A stretch of 64,000 bases of DNA, from positions 7,300 through 71,299 of IMG/VR virus record IMGVR_UViG_3300032296_003403; one strand, 5' to 3'. The position numbers were made by a program, and so were the translations under genes. This DNA is from a virus. The notes beneath the pieces are model-generated. The model did not search any database. It was given only the letters and a program-made list of their open reading frames with translations, and was not told the origin of the DNA. Below are positions 1 through 10,115 of the stretch, one piece after another (the first letter of the stretch is position 1; each line of letters begins with the position of its first letter).

Positions 1-22
1 CTTATTCCTCCATATAGTGCCA

Positions 23-418
23 TTAATCTAGTTTTACTAAAGTATCTATTTTAGGGCTAGCTGCAACTATTCCAGGTATGTTATATATCCCAGCTTTTTT
101 ATCTGATTTTACCATTGCTTTTTTCAAAAATTCTAAATGTTTTTTAGGATCTTTGTTAGTTATAAACTTAACTTCTAAAGTGCTATATTCATAGTCCGTT
201 AAAGTTCTATTTATTTTATCCAATCTCTTATCTCCTCTAAGATCAACAATAGTAACAGTTTGAACTCCTCTTACTCTTTCTACTGCTTGAACTCTATTTA
301 TTTTCTTTTTAAACTTTACAAGAAAAACACAAGAATATGTATGAAAAGTTTTCTTTATAGATTCTTTATTTTTAAATCTATAATTTACATCTTCTAATAT
401 TATTTCTATTATTTTCAT
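23..418 (-). CDS. Hypothetical phage protein (N-terminal MKIIEIILE putative head-targeting motif)
   Basis: 131-aa ORF coupled to the upstream gene (TAATG overlap); no recognisable domain. Confidence 0.6.
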   Translation of the reverse strand: MKIIEIILEDVNYRFKNKESIKKTFHTYSCVFLVKFKKKINRVQAVERVRGVQTVTIVDLRGDKRLDKINRTLTDYEYSTLEVKFITNKDPKKHLEFLKKAMVKSDKKAGIYNIPGIVAASPKIDTLVKLD

Positions 419-1584
419 TACGCTATATAAATAGGCATAGGAAAATTAACAAAAGTTTCTCTCATCATAGAGGCCTCTTGTGATTTTTTCTCTAGTTGTT
501 TTTGCCTAGAAGTATCATCAAGAGTATTTCTTAACTGCTCTATTAAAGCTGTTTTTTCGGCATTAGCTTGATCTACCAGAGTTTGTCCATTTATAGTAAC
601 TTCTGCTCCTGGAACTGGTATCTGACTATACACTCCTCTTATATTTCCTAAAGTCTCTTTGCATATAGCTAGAGCATAATCATATATCCATTTTTTAAAT
701 ATGTCATTTATTTGACTATATACTATATTATTATATGGGACATTACTGATATTAGTAATAAGACCAGTATTTGGATCTCTTATGGCAGAGGATCTTTCTG
801 ATTTCTTTATATATGTAAAATATAAGTTTCTATCGAAAGTAGGTATAGGGAATATCCTCAATTTATTATTAATAAGTTCAAAACTATATCCTGATTTTCT
901 TATTTGATCATTAAATTCTATTGCTTGTATTTTTAGTACGTCAAAATATATTGGCATCAACATAAAGTTTATACCAGGAGAAAATTGCCCAAATCCAAAA
1001 GTTTCCATTAACGATTGAAGACCAGTACCAGTGCCTGCATATGGATCAAAATATCTTACTATTGCTGGAGGAGCCTCATAAAATATTCTTTTTATTTCTA
1101 TTCCATCTCCAGCAGATAAAGAAGCCGATGCACTAGCCCAAACATTCAAATCATAATACTGTTGACCGGATACTAATGGTAAAGATCCAGTGTAATAGTT
1201 TATATTTCCACCACTACCTACTTCACTTCCATAATCTGCAGCGATTCTAAATAAATTTGCAAAATTAGGTTGTATTAAAGAGTTGTTTAAAGCACTTCCA
1301 GTAGCACTTCCTTCAAGAGATAAGTAGTTTTCTCTTATTTTATACTCGTAAAGTTCTTTTCCATAGGCAGCTACAGCATCTTCTAATGCAGCATAAAAAT
1401 TTATATCCTGCAATTCTATTTCCATTATAGGATATCCTAACCTTCTCGCTGCAAATTTTACGAATTTTTGACCTTCCGATTGAAATTCGGGATCATTGTC
1501 AAAAAATCCAAACGGAGTATTACCAGATACTGGTAAAAGTGCTACCGAAGCGTCATAATACTGTATTTCAACTTGTCCGGCCAT
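418..1584 (-). CDS. Neck/head-completion protein, T4 gp13-like
   Basis: RRLGYPIMEIEL near the N-terminus; WIYDYALAICKETLG..R, IPVPGAEVTING and a C-terminal PMPIYI resemble T4-like neck proteins; lies next to the capsid gene. Confidence 0.7.
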   Translation of the reverse strand: MAGQVEIQYYDASVALLPVSGNTPFGFFDNDPEFQSEGQKFVKFAARRLGYPIMEIELQDINFYAALEDAVAAYGKELYEYKIRENYLSLEGSATGSALNNSLIQPNFANLFRIAADYGSEVGSGGNINYYTGSLPLVSGQQYYDLNVWASASASLSAGDGIEIKRIFYEAPPAIVRYFDPYAGTGTGLQSLMETFGFGQFSPGINFMLMPIYFDVLKIQAIEFNDQIRKSGYSFELINNKLRIFPIPTFDRNLYFTYIKKSERSSAIRDPNTGLITNISNVPYNNIVYSQINDIFKKWIYDYALAICKETLGNIRGVYSQIPVPGAEVTINGQTLVDQANAEKTALIEQLRNTLDDTSRQKQLEKKSQEASMMRETFVNFPMPIYIA

Positions 1585-1610
1585 TATAATTCATTATAAA
1601 TATAAATATC

Positions 1611-2300
1611 TTAACTTCTATATTGTTCAAATACAGAGAGTATAGGGCTTACTATTGGGTGTCTATGATTTGTTTGTAAGGTTATAATATTAAATCCATT
1701 TATATCTTTCATATGTTTACATATAAAATCAAATCCTGAATCCTTTTTATTTTTTAGGTCTATTTGTGCACTATCTCCGCATATAATAAGCTTAGATCCT
1801 AGACATAATCTACCTAAAATCAACTCTAATTGTGTCTCAGAACAGTTTTGAGCCTCATCAATTATAACTACACAGTTAGTGAAATTGAATCCTCTCAAAA
1901 ATCCTACAGGTATGATCTCAATACTACCTTCTAAAACTAATTTTTCTATCTTTTCTTTCCCTGAAAGTCTGAACATATTGTCGTAAACAGGGGCTGTGAA
2001 GGGAGCCATCTTTTCTTCTTTAGTTCCAGGTAGAAATCCTATCTGTTCTCCCGCAGTTATAGCTGGTCTAGCTATGATTATCTTCTCTACTTCCTTTTTA
2101 TACAGCATATCAAGTGCTATTTGTGCTGCTAAAAGGGATTTTCCGCTACCTGCTTTTCCCCTAATAACTGAAACATCACTTGATATTATTTTGTCTTTTG
2201 CTGCTTTTTGTTCTTCGTTTAAAGAAACGTTAAACTTGATTGGATTTTTAGGAATTCTTTTCTGTTTGAACACAGAATCTTTGTGATGATTTGAAGTCAT
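1611..2300 (-). CDS. phoH: PhoH family ATPase
   Basis: Walker A GKAGSGKS, ARPAI, IGFLPG, FLRGFNF, IIDEAQN, GDSAQIDL and NHRHPIV are the PhoH signature motifs. Confidence 0.95.
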   Translation of the reverse strand: MTSNHHKDSVFKQKRIPKNPIKFNVSLNEEQKAAKDKIISSDVSVIRGKAGSGKSLLAAQIALDMLYKKEVEKIIIARPAITAGEQIGFLPGTKEEKMAPFTAPVYDNMFRLSGKEKIEKLVLEGSIEIIPVGFLRGFNFTNCVVIIDEAQNCSETQLELILGRLCLGSKLIICGDSAQIDLKNKKDSGFDFICKHMKDINGFNIITLQTNHRHPIVSPILSVFEQYRS

Positions 2301-2332
2301 AAACTGTTTTATATAAATATTTTAAATTCAAT

Positions 2333-2358
2333 AAAAAAGCCGGGAAATAATCCCGGCT
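2333..2358 (-). terminator. Rho-independent terminator after the major capsid gene
   Basis: Minus strand AGCCGGGA-TTATT-TCCCGGCT hairpin followed by a T run, ~25 nt after the capsid stop codon. Confidence 0.85.
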
Positions 2359-2382
2359 AATTTATTTTGATCTATATTCAGA

Positions 2383-4020
2383 TTAGAATCCGTTGTTAAG
2401 ATCTGCAACATGCACTTTACCAAAGAATTCGGCACGAAGCATTTTCTTAGCGTACCTGGTCATCAGACCTTTTCTTGGAGTGAAAGTCTCAGGATCATAC
2501 AACAATGGAGTCATGATCAATGGAATATAAGGACAGAAGGCAGCGCCAGTCTCAAGGAATTGGCTACCTTTGTAAGCCAAGAGAATAGTGTTCTCGTTCA
2601 TGTATGGGTTAACATACACTTTGTAACGGCTATTCAATTGACCAGCCTTGTGAGAGCCCATTGCAAATTCTTCTTTGCTACCATCGGTATCTGCAGCATA
2701 TCCAGGGATAGACTCGATAATTGTGGCAACAGCAGGAGAACACATTACAACGTTAGCTTGACCACGAAGGGTTTTCTTATGGATAGTCCTAGCTACACTT
2801 TGGATCTTGGTTCCGAGAGTTGCGAACCAGCCACCTTGTGTATTGTAGTAACCACCAGAACCAGCATTTTGAACACTCCACACTCCAGTAGCCTTGTTGT
2901 AGAAGGTATTGGAAGCAGCGGACCAGTATTCAGTAGTGTTGGCGTTTTGGATCAACATGTCGATGATTTCGAGGTCGATCTCAAGAGAGATATATTCTGA
3001 CAGAGTAGAGGTCAACTCAGCTTCAGCGTCAAGAGACTGGTAAGCATTCAGGTCTTGGCTGAATTCAGGAGTCCACTTAGCTTTCAGTTTCCTTGTTTTA
3101 GCAACTACAGCCTCAGAACGAAGTTCTACATTGATCTCAGGGATTGAGTTAGAACCAGTCAAAGGAGCTGCGCTTGTGTCTTCAAAGTCACCACGGCTGT
3201 TGTCAGCAGGCTGCTTTTGATAGAACAAAGAACCAGAGCTAGAACCATAGTTCAGGTGAGAACCAGAACCAGAAACTACGAAGAAAATAACTCCAGTAGT
3301 AGAGTTATAAGAAGTGAACTCAGCGATAACATTAGACTCGCTAACACCGCTACCAGTTACCATGAAGCCACGTACACCGTTCAGATCAATACCAGTATAG
3401 CTAGATGCACTGATCGCTACTTTACGGAGTTGACCAGCAGCTTGAGATGCACTATACAGTGAGTTGAAGTTGATATCGGCTTGAGAAGCAGTTGTTACTG
3501 CAGCTGTGTAAGAACCAGAGTAAGTGTTGATAGAGTAGCCAAAACGACCAGCGCCGTAAAGACCACCAGAAGGATCAACATCTTTTACGTTGGTAGTACC
3601 GTACATGCTGTCACCAATAGCGAAACGGTTGTTACCTACAGTACCTGGCTCATTCTTACCATACTTAAATTCAAGGAAGAATACAAGACCAGCAGGAAGA
3701 GTCATTGGTTGAACACTAACGAATTCTTTTGAAGAAATGTCAGCAAAAATCTTACGAACAAGAGGAAGAGCTACGCCAGCCCATTGCTCACCGCTACCTA
3801 CAGTGAAAGAACCACCAGTACCAGTTTGAGATTGTTCAACTAAAAGTTGCTTAGCTTGATTTTCGAGGATGATAGCCATACGCTCTTTACCGTAGGCTTG
3901 CTTTTGAAGGTCAGCACCTTCCAAAAGACCAGTCTCACCCCATTTTTTTACTAACCTCTGAGCTTCGTTCATCATTGAAGCATAAGGGTTAGAACTTTCT
4001 AAGAGAGATTGTACGTTCAT
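2383..4020 (-). CDS. Major capsid protein, T4 gp23-like
   Basis: KWGETGLLEG, VSVQPMTLPAGLVFFL, AKTRKLKAKWTPEFSQDLNAY, EIDLEII, YIPL and PRKGLMTRYA are typical gp23 motifs; codon usage of a highly expressed gene. Confidence 0.97.
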   Translation of the reverse strand: MNVQSLLESSNPYASMMNEAQRLVKKWGETGLLEGADLQKQAYGKERMAIILENQAKQLLVEQSQTGTGGSFTVGSGEQWAGVALPLVRKIFADISSKEFVSVQPMTLPAGLVFFLEFKYGKNEPGTVGNNRFAIGDSMYGTTNVKDVDPSGGLYGAGRFGYSINTYSGSYTAAVTTASQADINFNSLYSASQAAGQLRKVAISASSYTGIDLNGVRGFMVTGSGVSESNVIAEFTSYNSTTGVIFFVVSGSGSHLNYGSSSGSLFYQKQPADNSRGDFEDTSAAPLTGSNSIPEINVELRSEAVVAKTRKLKAKWTPEFSQDLNAYQSLDAEAELTSTLSEYISLEIDLEIIDMLIQNANTTEYWSAASNTFYNKATGVWSVQNAGSGGYYNTQGGWFATLGTKIQSVARTIHKKTLRGQANVVMCSPAVATIIESIPGYAADTDGSKEEFAMGSHKAGQLNSRYKVYVNPYMNENTILLAYKGSQFLETGAAFCPYIPLIMTPLLYDPETFTPRKGLMTRYAKKMLRAEFFGKVHVADLNNGF

Positions 4021-4048
4021 TTTTTGTTTTTTTATTTTGTTTTACTTT

Positions 4049-5155
4049 TTACTTGATAATACCAGCGAGTTTCTGCCACCTGTTCACTTGTTTGTCAACG
4101 TCAGAAATTACGCTTTCAGTTATAACACGTTTAGTTGAGGTACCAGCGGCGCTAGAAGCAAATCCGATAGATTCTTTAAGACCAGTTTTTACGTTGTCAT
4201 TTTTAACACTAAAAGCGTGATCTAAAGATTCGTGTACAATTTTAGCTTCTTTTGCAGTTTCGGCTTTGTCGAAAGCGCTGATAACTTTGATTTTTTGTTG
4301 TTCAGATAAAGTGTACTTGCGGAGGATCTTGTTCAGATAAAGAAGTTTAGCGTTGATCAAGTTAGTTTCGTTAACTTTTTGAGCTAATTCTTCAGCTTGA
4401 CGCTTAATTTCTTGAACATCTTCTGTTTCTTCACCAAGACCTTTTGATTTAGCAGCTTGTTTTGCTATCCTCATAAGGATGTCTTGAGCTTTTTCAGGAA
4501 GAGCGCTAATAAGTTTATCAAGTACTACTGGACTTGATGCAAGACCTGCCATTCCTAGCAATACTTGTGCTAATTCAGTAGCTCCGCCTTCTTTTAGATC
4601 GGCAGATCCTTCTTCTTCTGGTTCAGCAGCTTCGTCAGCTTTTTCTTTGTCATCTTCTTCGTCCTTCATTTCAGCTAAGAGAGCGTTAATGTCGATTTCT
4701 TCGTCTACAGACTCTTCTTCCTCTTCTTCCTTTTCTTCGTCTTCTTCGTCTTCAACTTCTTTTTTCTCCATTACTTCCTTTCCTTTCTCTTCTTCACCTT
4801 TTTCCAACTCAGCTAAGATGGCGTCAAGATCAAAAGCTTCATCAGCTTCTTCTTCTTCTTTATGTCCGTAAGCTTCATGTTCGTCTTCTTCAGACTCTTT
4901 TTCAGCTTCTTCCATACCGTACCCTTCGTCGTCACCTTCTTCTTCATGCTTTTTCTCGTCCAGTTTAGCAGCTTCATCCTCGTCTTCTTCATATTTTTCT
5001 TCGAGGTCATCAGCTTCTTCAGCCAAACGTGCGGCAAGCATAGCCTTAACTTTCGAATCAAAAGCTTCGTTTAAACTTGCTTTTGCATTCTCAATAGCCA
5101 TTTTTTTGATAGCATCCGCATCAGCGATTGCATCTTTGAGCAAATTTGTGTTCAT
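4049..5155 (-). CDS. Prohead core/scaffold protein
   Basis: Very acidic and coiled-coil; lies between the head protease and capsid genes; ETNLINAKLLY and C-terminal RWQKLAGI; many (L/I/V)xE putative cleavage sites. Confidence 0.85.
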   Translation of the reverse strand: MNTNLLKDAIADADAIKKMAIENAKASLNEAFDSKVKAMLAARLAEEADDLEEKYEEDEDEAAKLDEKKHEEEGDDEGYGMEEAEKESEEDEHEAYGHKEEEEADEAFDLDAILAELEKGEEEKGKEVMEKKEVEDEEDEEKEEEEEESVDEEIDINALLAEMKDEEDDKEKADEAAEPEEEGSADLKEGGATELAQVLLGMAGLASSPVVLDKLISALPEKAQDILMRIAKQAAKSKGLGEETEDVQEIKRQAEELAQKVNETNLINAKLLYLNKILRKYTLSEQQKIKVISAFDKAETAKEAKIVHESLDHAFSVKNDNVKTGLKESIGFASSAAGTSTKRVITESVISDVDKQVNRWQKLAGIIK

Positions 5156-5322
5156 TTTTCCTTAAATTTTTTTTTGGATTTACGCCTATTAAAGAGGTGT
5201 AATAGATTTCTTTTTATTCAACTCTTTATAAGAAAAAGAGTATTAGGCGAATATGTCTACAATAAATATAACAAAAAATTAAAAAAATATAATTTATATT
5301 AAAAAAATATAAATATTTCTAA

Positions 5323-5931
5323 TTAACAATGACAAACTCCTGTATTATTGCATATAAGATCTTTAACTATATTGTCTATAGTTTTGAAGTTTTCAGTGTG
5401 TTGATACCCTTCTCTTAAACTTAAATTAGCTCCTTGAGTAGACTCAAAAGACACTAAATCAAAAGTTAAAAGCTTAAAATCATCATTAACAATTACTGTA
5501 CCGTCATGTGCTTCTTGCACACTTCCCATTCCTCTGGAACTTATTCCGACTGGAATTCCTCTCCGGAGTAATCCTGCAGCTATTCTTCCAGCTGGGAATT
5601 CATCTCCATCTAATATTTCTATATCGCCTTTAACATCATCTCCATCCCAGTAAATTCTTACTATATTATGAGATACGTTTTTAAGATTTACTACATTAGA
5701 ATCACTATGATCTAACTCACCTAAAGCACGATTATGCTTTACCATAGTATCATTGTAATTATCTATCTCTTGACGAAGTACTCCTTCAGGGTACACCCTA
5801 CCGTTCCTATTTTTTGCATTAGCCCTCTGTATAATAACATCCTTTATAATCATCTTATCCCCAGGCTTATATGCCTCTGTTAACTGGGACGGAGCTATGT
5901 TCAACTTAAAATATTCTGTAAGTACTTGCAT
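5323..5931 (-). CDS. Prohead maturation protease, T4 gp21-like
   Basis: NRNGRVYP, ALGELDH, VSHNI, GISSRGMGS and FDLV motifs. Confidence 0.95.
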   Translation of the reverse strand: MQVLTEYFKLNIAPSQLTEAYKPGDKMIIKDVIIQRANAKNRNGRVYPEGVLRQEIDNYNDTMVKHNRALGELDHSDSNVVNLKNVSHNIVRIYWDGDDVKGDIEILDGDEFPAGRIAAGLLRRGIPVGISSRGMGSVQEAHDGTVIVNDDFKLLTFDLVSFESTQGANLSLREGYQHTENFKTIDNIVKDLICNNTGVCHC

Positions 5932-5942
5932 CTTATATATAA

Positions 5943-8474
5943 TTATATGCTACTTTTTAAATCTTCATCACTAATACTCATAAACGCTTTTCTAAGTTCA
6001 GGGGATGCTTTTGAAGCATCTTTTCCGTATTCTTGAGATATTAGCTTTTCTATGTTCTTCTTAAGGGTGGGAGACTTTTGTATCTCTATATCTTTTTTGT
6101 TATAGCCAACAGCTAAATCTTCTATATTCTTGTATTTATTCTCTACGTCTCTCTTTGCTTGGTTATATAAAGAATCATATTTAGCATCTTCAGCTACTCT
6201 ACCACCTCTTGCAGTAAGAGAATTTGGATCGTATGGTTGATGTAATTGAGATCCTAAAGGAGTATCAGCCATGTCGTTTAAGTCATCAGGGCGAGCTATT
6301 TCTTGACCTTTAGGAGCGTATGAATTGAATATAGCAACTCCTTCATCTCCCAACTCATGAACAAGTTTACTTACAATAGCATGTTTTTCTGATCCATTAG
6401 CCCTTACGTATGGGTCTTCACTGTTTTGAAATCCCCATTCATACTTTTTCATATACTCCTCAAGACGCTTTTTTTTTACGTCTGGGCCTTGATATCCCCA
6501 ATACTGGCTTACTTCTGCTTCTTTGATTGCTTGTTGAACACGCTTACGAATATAGGCTTCTAACTTAGATTCTGCTACTGGGGCTGGGAATACTTTATCC
6601 AATAATTCTTTTAAAGGACTTTGTATATCATTTATTTTATGAACATTTCCTAGTTTATCATTAGGATCTGGGTTATAAATTCCTGTTACATTTCCTGATT
6701 TAGTGCTTGTAAACATTGCCTGAGATCCATTATCTAATGTAAGCACTAATTCTTTCTTGTCTTTATTAAAAGAAGCATTTTTTACTACTCCTTTAACTTC
6801 TGCTACGGAATCTGAATCGTTAGGATCTGATTCTATTTTAAAAGATACTGCTTTAGATACAGTTTCTTTCTTGTCTTTATCAGACAACTCTTCGTTTACT
6901 TTTACTCCTAAAGCAGGTAAAGCTGATTTTTGTACTGCTTTAAATTTATCTCCTAAAGAAGCAGCTTTTTCTTTTGTTTCTTTCCAATCATTACTACCAT
7001 GAACCATTTCTTTACTATCTGTATCTATTATATAGTACTTATAAGAAAGTTGAGATGGTTTTACGTCTACCATTTTAATGCCCATATTAACAGGCACTTT
7101 ATAAGATCTAGCGCCTTGTCCAGATACACTAGTACTAAAAGTTTTATACTTGATTCCGTCATCTTTCTTTTCTGGTTCTTTAGATGATGGATCGTACATT
7201 ATAGGATCTCCTTCTGGGGTTCTTCTTCCTATCAAAGTAAGTTTTCTTTCTTTTCCAGGAGGTACTAATATTTTTATAAATCCTTTTATGGATTGCATAC
7301 CTCTTCTAGGATCATCTACTGTTTTTTCAAATGGAATGTCTTGATTATAGACAAATTTGTCTGTTTTTATTAGATTCTTCAATCCTTTTCCAGACATTGC
7401 CCCATCTTTACTTTTTCCGTCTCCGTATTTTACAGATACTTTATAAGTTTCTTCGTCTTTTATTTGAGTATCTTCTCTCAAATAACTTTCTTTAATAGAT
7501 TCCATGTTATCGTAAGATGTTTGAATAATTTTATATAATCCAGGTTTTTTTTCTAATTTTTTTGCGACACTATAATCTATAACTGCTTTTCTTTCTAATT
7601 CATCTTTATTCATGTCAAATAATGACATCATGAATCTTTTTAATAAATCAGATAAAGTATCTTTAGCTTGTTTCTTTTCTTTTTCAGGAGTTGATGGAGT
7701 AGCTGTTATATCGTAGTTTTTGATGATTTGAGTAAACATCCTTTCTACTTTGTCGTCTAACATAAAAACAGCTGCTTGCTGTTTAGCTTTCTTTAAATTT
7801 TCAGGCTCTTCTTCTGGTGTATCTTTTTCCGGCTCAAATTCGTCGTCCGCTAAAAATCCTAAATCAATATCTATAGGATCTTCTTTTGCTTTAGTAGAAA
7901 CTACTTGTTTAGGAACTCTATACTTTTTCTTCTTTTCATCACTAAGAAAAGAACTTAAAGTAAATAAATCCAAAGGTCTTTTATCTAATCCATTTGCTAT
8001 ATCAGAAATAGGAACTAAAGAAAGTTTTATTTTATCTTTTTGTTCAGATGTTAGGCTTTTTACAACATCATCTGTCAAATATATAAAGTATGTATACTGT
8101 GCTCCTTTCCTAGCCCCGTAGAAAACTTTAGGAATAGTTATATAGTATACGTCTCTATAATGTTCGTTTTCTGAGGAGGGCTGTATTAGTGTGGAAACTT
8201 TAGGACTGAGTTTTACTTTTAAAGTATTATACTCTTCCTCTGTTATTTTTCTATATATAGAGTATGCTTTCTGAGTTACTCCCTTAGTTGTATTATTAAA
8301 TACTATCTCATGTACGGAACCATCTTTAAAAGATGATTTTAGAGCTTCTGGATTTACTTCTGGTCTAGGTCTTTTTTTACTAGACGGGGGTTCCATCTCA
8401 TCCCTAGTCCTTCTAGCCCTTTTTGGTTGCTCCTCTTCTTTAAAAAAATCATATATCTCTTTATGTAGAGCCAT
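5943..8474 (-). CDS. Large hypothetical head-region protein (possible protease-processed polyprotein)
   Basis: 843 aa, Lys/Glu-rich, with segments separated by LRE/VNE/IKE/VAE sites. Confidence 0.6.
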   Translation of the reverse strand: MALHKEIYDFFKEEEQPKRARRTRDEMEPPSSKKRPRPEVNPEALKSSFKDGSVHEIVFNNTTKGVTQKAYSIYRKITEEEYNTLKVKLSPKVSTLIQPSSENEHYRDVYYITIPKVFYGARKGAQYTYFIYLTDDVVKSLTSEQKDKIKLSLVPISDIANGLDKRPLDLFTLSSFLSDEKKKKYRVPKQVVSTKAKEDPIDIDLGFLADDEFEPEKDTPEEEPENLKKAKQQAAVFMLDDKVERMFTQIIKNYDITATPSTPEKEKKQAKDTLSDLLKRFMMSLFDMNKDELERKAVIDYSVAKKLEKKPGLYKIIQTSYDNMESIKESYLREDTQIKDEETYKVSVKYGDGKSKDGAMSGKGLKNLIKTDKFVYNQDIPFEKTVDDPRRGMQSIKGFIKILVPPGKERKLTLIGRRTPEGDPIMYDPSSKEPEKKDDGIKYKTFSTSVSGQGARSYKVPVNMGIKMVDVKPSQLSYKYYIIDTDSKEMVHGSNDWKETKEKAASLGDKFKAVQKSALPALGVKVNEELSDKDKKETVSKAVSFKIESDPNDSDSVAEVKGVVKNASFNKDKKELVLTLDNGSQAMFTSTKSGNVTGIYNPDPNDKLGNVHKINDIQSPLKELLDKVFPAPVAESKLEAYIRKRVQQAIKEAEVSQYWGYQGPDVKKKRLEEYMKKYEWGFQNSEDPYVRANGSEKHAIVSKLVHELGDEGVAIFNSYAPKGQEIARPDDLNDMADTPLGSQLHQPYDPNSLTARGGRVAEDAKYDSLYNQAKRDVENKYKNIEDLAVGYNKKDIEIQKSPTLKKNIEKLISQEYGKDASKASPELRKAFMSISDEDLKSSI

Positions 8475-8476
8475 TC

Positions 8477-9013
8477 TTATTTTTTCTTAGGAGCTTTTTT
8501 CTTTGGAGCATTTTTCATCTGATTATCCTTGTCCTTGAAGTTCTTCTTTTTAACTTCTACCGGAAGATCAGCTCTGTTCTTCTTTTTAGCTTTATACTCA
8601 ATCATATCCAAACGAGTATAATAGTTTGGATCTTCAGCCAAATGATCTAAAGCTATCTCTTTTGCTTTGTCTATATCATCCGTGTGTTCTAACTCATGCT
8701 TCCAACCTTTAGTGAACTCATGATAGTTAACTTGATCAGGAGTTAATTTATCTCCTTTTCCGCCTTTTATCTTCTGCTTAGCCCCTTCATGTAAGGCTTT
8801 AAAAGCACTAAAAAAGTTAAATCCTTGTTTAACTTCTGCTTTCTGTGCATCCCAGATATGTCCCTTACCTTTGAGTTTTGATACTGTGTCTTCATATGAC
8901 ATAGTACTAGTCAAAGAATCTTGGTAAGCAGGATTCCTTCTTACATGCCAAAGAAAATCAGATTTGGACATTTCTTCTTTTATCACCTTCTGATAGAGTT
9001 GCTGTGTTGTCAT
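8477..9013 (-). CDS. DUF5661-like protein (ELEH...ALDHL.E.P.YY motif)
   Basis: GWKHELEHTDDIDKAKEIALDHLAEDPNYYTRL; likely ATG at 9013 (MTTQQ) rather than the upstream TTG. Confidence 0.65.
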   Translation of the reverse strand: MTTQQLYQKVIKEEMSKSDFLWHVRRNPAYQDSLTSTMSYEDTVSKLKGKGHIWDAQKAEVKQGFNFFSAFKALHEGAKQKIKGGKGDKLTPDQVNYHEFTKGWKHELEHTDDIDKAKEIALDHLAEDPNYYTRLDMIEYKAKKKNRADLPVEVKKKNFKDKDNQMKNAPKKKAPKKK

Positions 9014-9014
9014 T

Positions 9015-9272
9015 TTATAGTTCCTTTTTAAAAAGTCTTTTATACTCAGAGGCAAGATCTATAGATTCTGCCCATTTTCCTATTTTTTTGGTATCAAGTA
9101 TACCTTTTTTTCTTTTTGCTTTAGTTCCACCAGCACCACCAAATGAGTACTTAGTAGCAACTCCTTCACCGTCTCCAGCATTTACATGTCCTTGATCAGC
9201 AGCAGGCGCTCCACCTCCAGTAGTGGACATTTCTTCTACTTTACTTTTTGATATTTTCGAGTTCTTTTTCAA
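9015..9272 (-). CDS. Small Gly-rich hypothetical head protein (EEMSTTG motif)
   Basis: Fills the gap between two genes; start uncertain (TTG at 9272 or internal ATG). Confidence 0.55.
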   Translation of the reverse strand: MKKNSKISKSKVEEMSTTGGGAPAADQGHVNAGDGEGVATKYSFGGAGGTKAKRKKGILDTKKIGKWAESIDLASEYKRLFKKEL

Positions 9273-10089
9273 GTTGATAGAAATATAAAAGATTTTCTAA
9301 TTCTAAATCTGTAACTTGTCTTCCTGTTGGTATAGGCTTTATGATATTTATAACCTCTTCAAGTTTAACTTTTCTTACTGTATCGTTTATATTTTTAGTA
9401 AGCTTGTTCAATTTTAATTTGAGCCTATCGTACTCTTCGTTAACGTATTCCTTAAATGTTTCAGGAGTTGATATGTCGCTTATGTATCTTTTCAAAAGCT
9501 TTTTCTGGCTTTCATTAAGATCAGCATATTTTTCATTGAATTTTTGGATCATTAACTTATATACCAAAGCCTTAGTTCCTTTATCATAAGAAGCAAATTC
9601 CGTGATAAGAGGATCCACTTCCTTGTTTTTAAATCCGTCACAGATGTCTTCCATTATGGAAAACTTATATTTTATCTCAGATTCCGGATCTACTTTGTCA
9701 CTTTGGCTGATTTCAAACAGCATATAAACAGACGCCAAAGTTTTATAGTTTTCTATCTTAGTTTTAAAGAACTCTTCTAGATTATAGTTTTCTTTAATTT
9801 GAGATATTAAATCATATTTCTGCCTACTTAAAGCATTTTTATTAATCTTTTTATAAGCTTGCAAAGCTGTGTCAATCACTAGATTTGCTTTGGCTTCTGA
9901 AAGATTTTTATTAGCTAACAATGCTTTATAAATACGATATTCTTTGGCAATAAGAGTATTGTTGAAATTCTTCTTAAGAATATCTACGGCCTTAGACTCT
10001 TTGTTATTTAAAGTATCTGTTGTAATCTGTCTTACTAACAGTTCAAATAAGAGTCCCGTGTTTCGAAGTTTATTATGTTTAAGCTTCAT
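9241..10089 (-). CDS. Conserved hypothetical head-assembly-region protein
   Basis: 282 aa, MKLKHNKLRNTGLLFELLVRQIT start, directly downstream of the portal gene. Confidence 0.7.
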   Translation of the reverse strand: MKLKHNKLRNTGLLFELLVRQITTDTLNNKESKAVDILKKNFNNTLIAKEYRIYKALLANKNLSEAKANLVIDTALQAYKKINKNALSRQKYDLISQIKENYNLEEFFKTKIENYKTLASVYMLFEISQSDKVDPESEIKYKFSIMEDICDGFKNKEVDPLITEFASYDKGTKALVYKLMIQKFNEKYADLNESQKKLLKRYISDISTPETFKEYVNEEYDRLKLKLNKLTKNINDTVRKVKLEEVINIIKPIPTGRQVTDLELENLLYFYQLEKELENIKK

Positions 10090-10115
10090 TTTATGTTGAT
10101 CTTCTATAAATATTA

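Noticed and set aside
1996-5074. Plus-strand ORFs opposite phoH, capsid and scaffold (and similar shadow ORFs elsewhere)
   Set aside because: Antisense to well-supported genes, with no protein-like features
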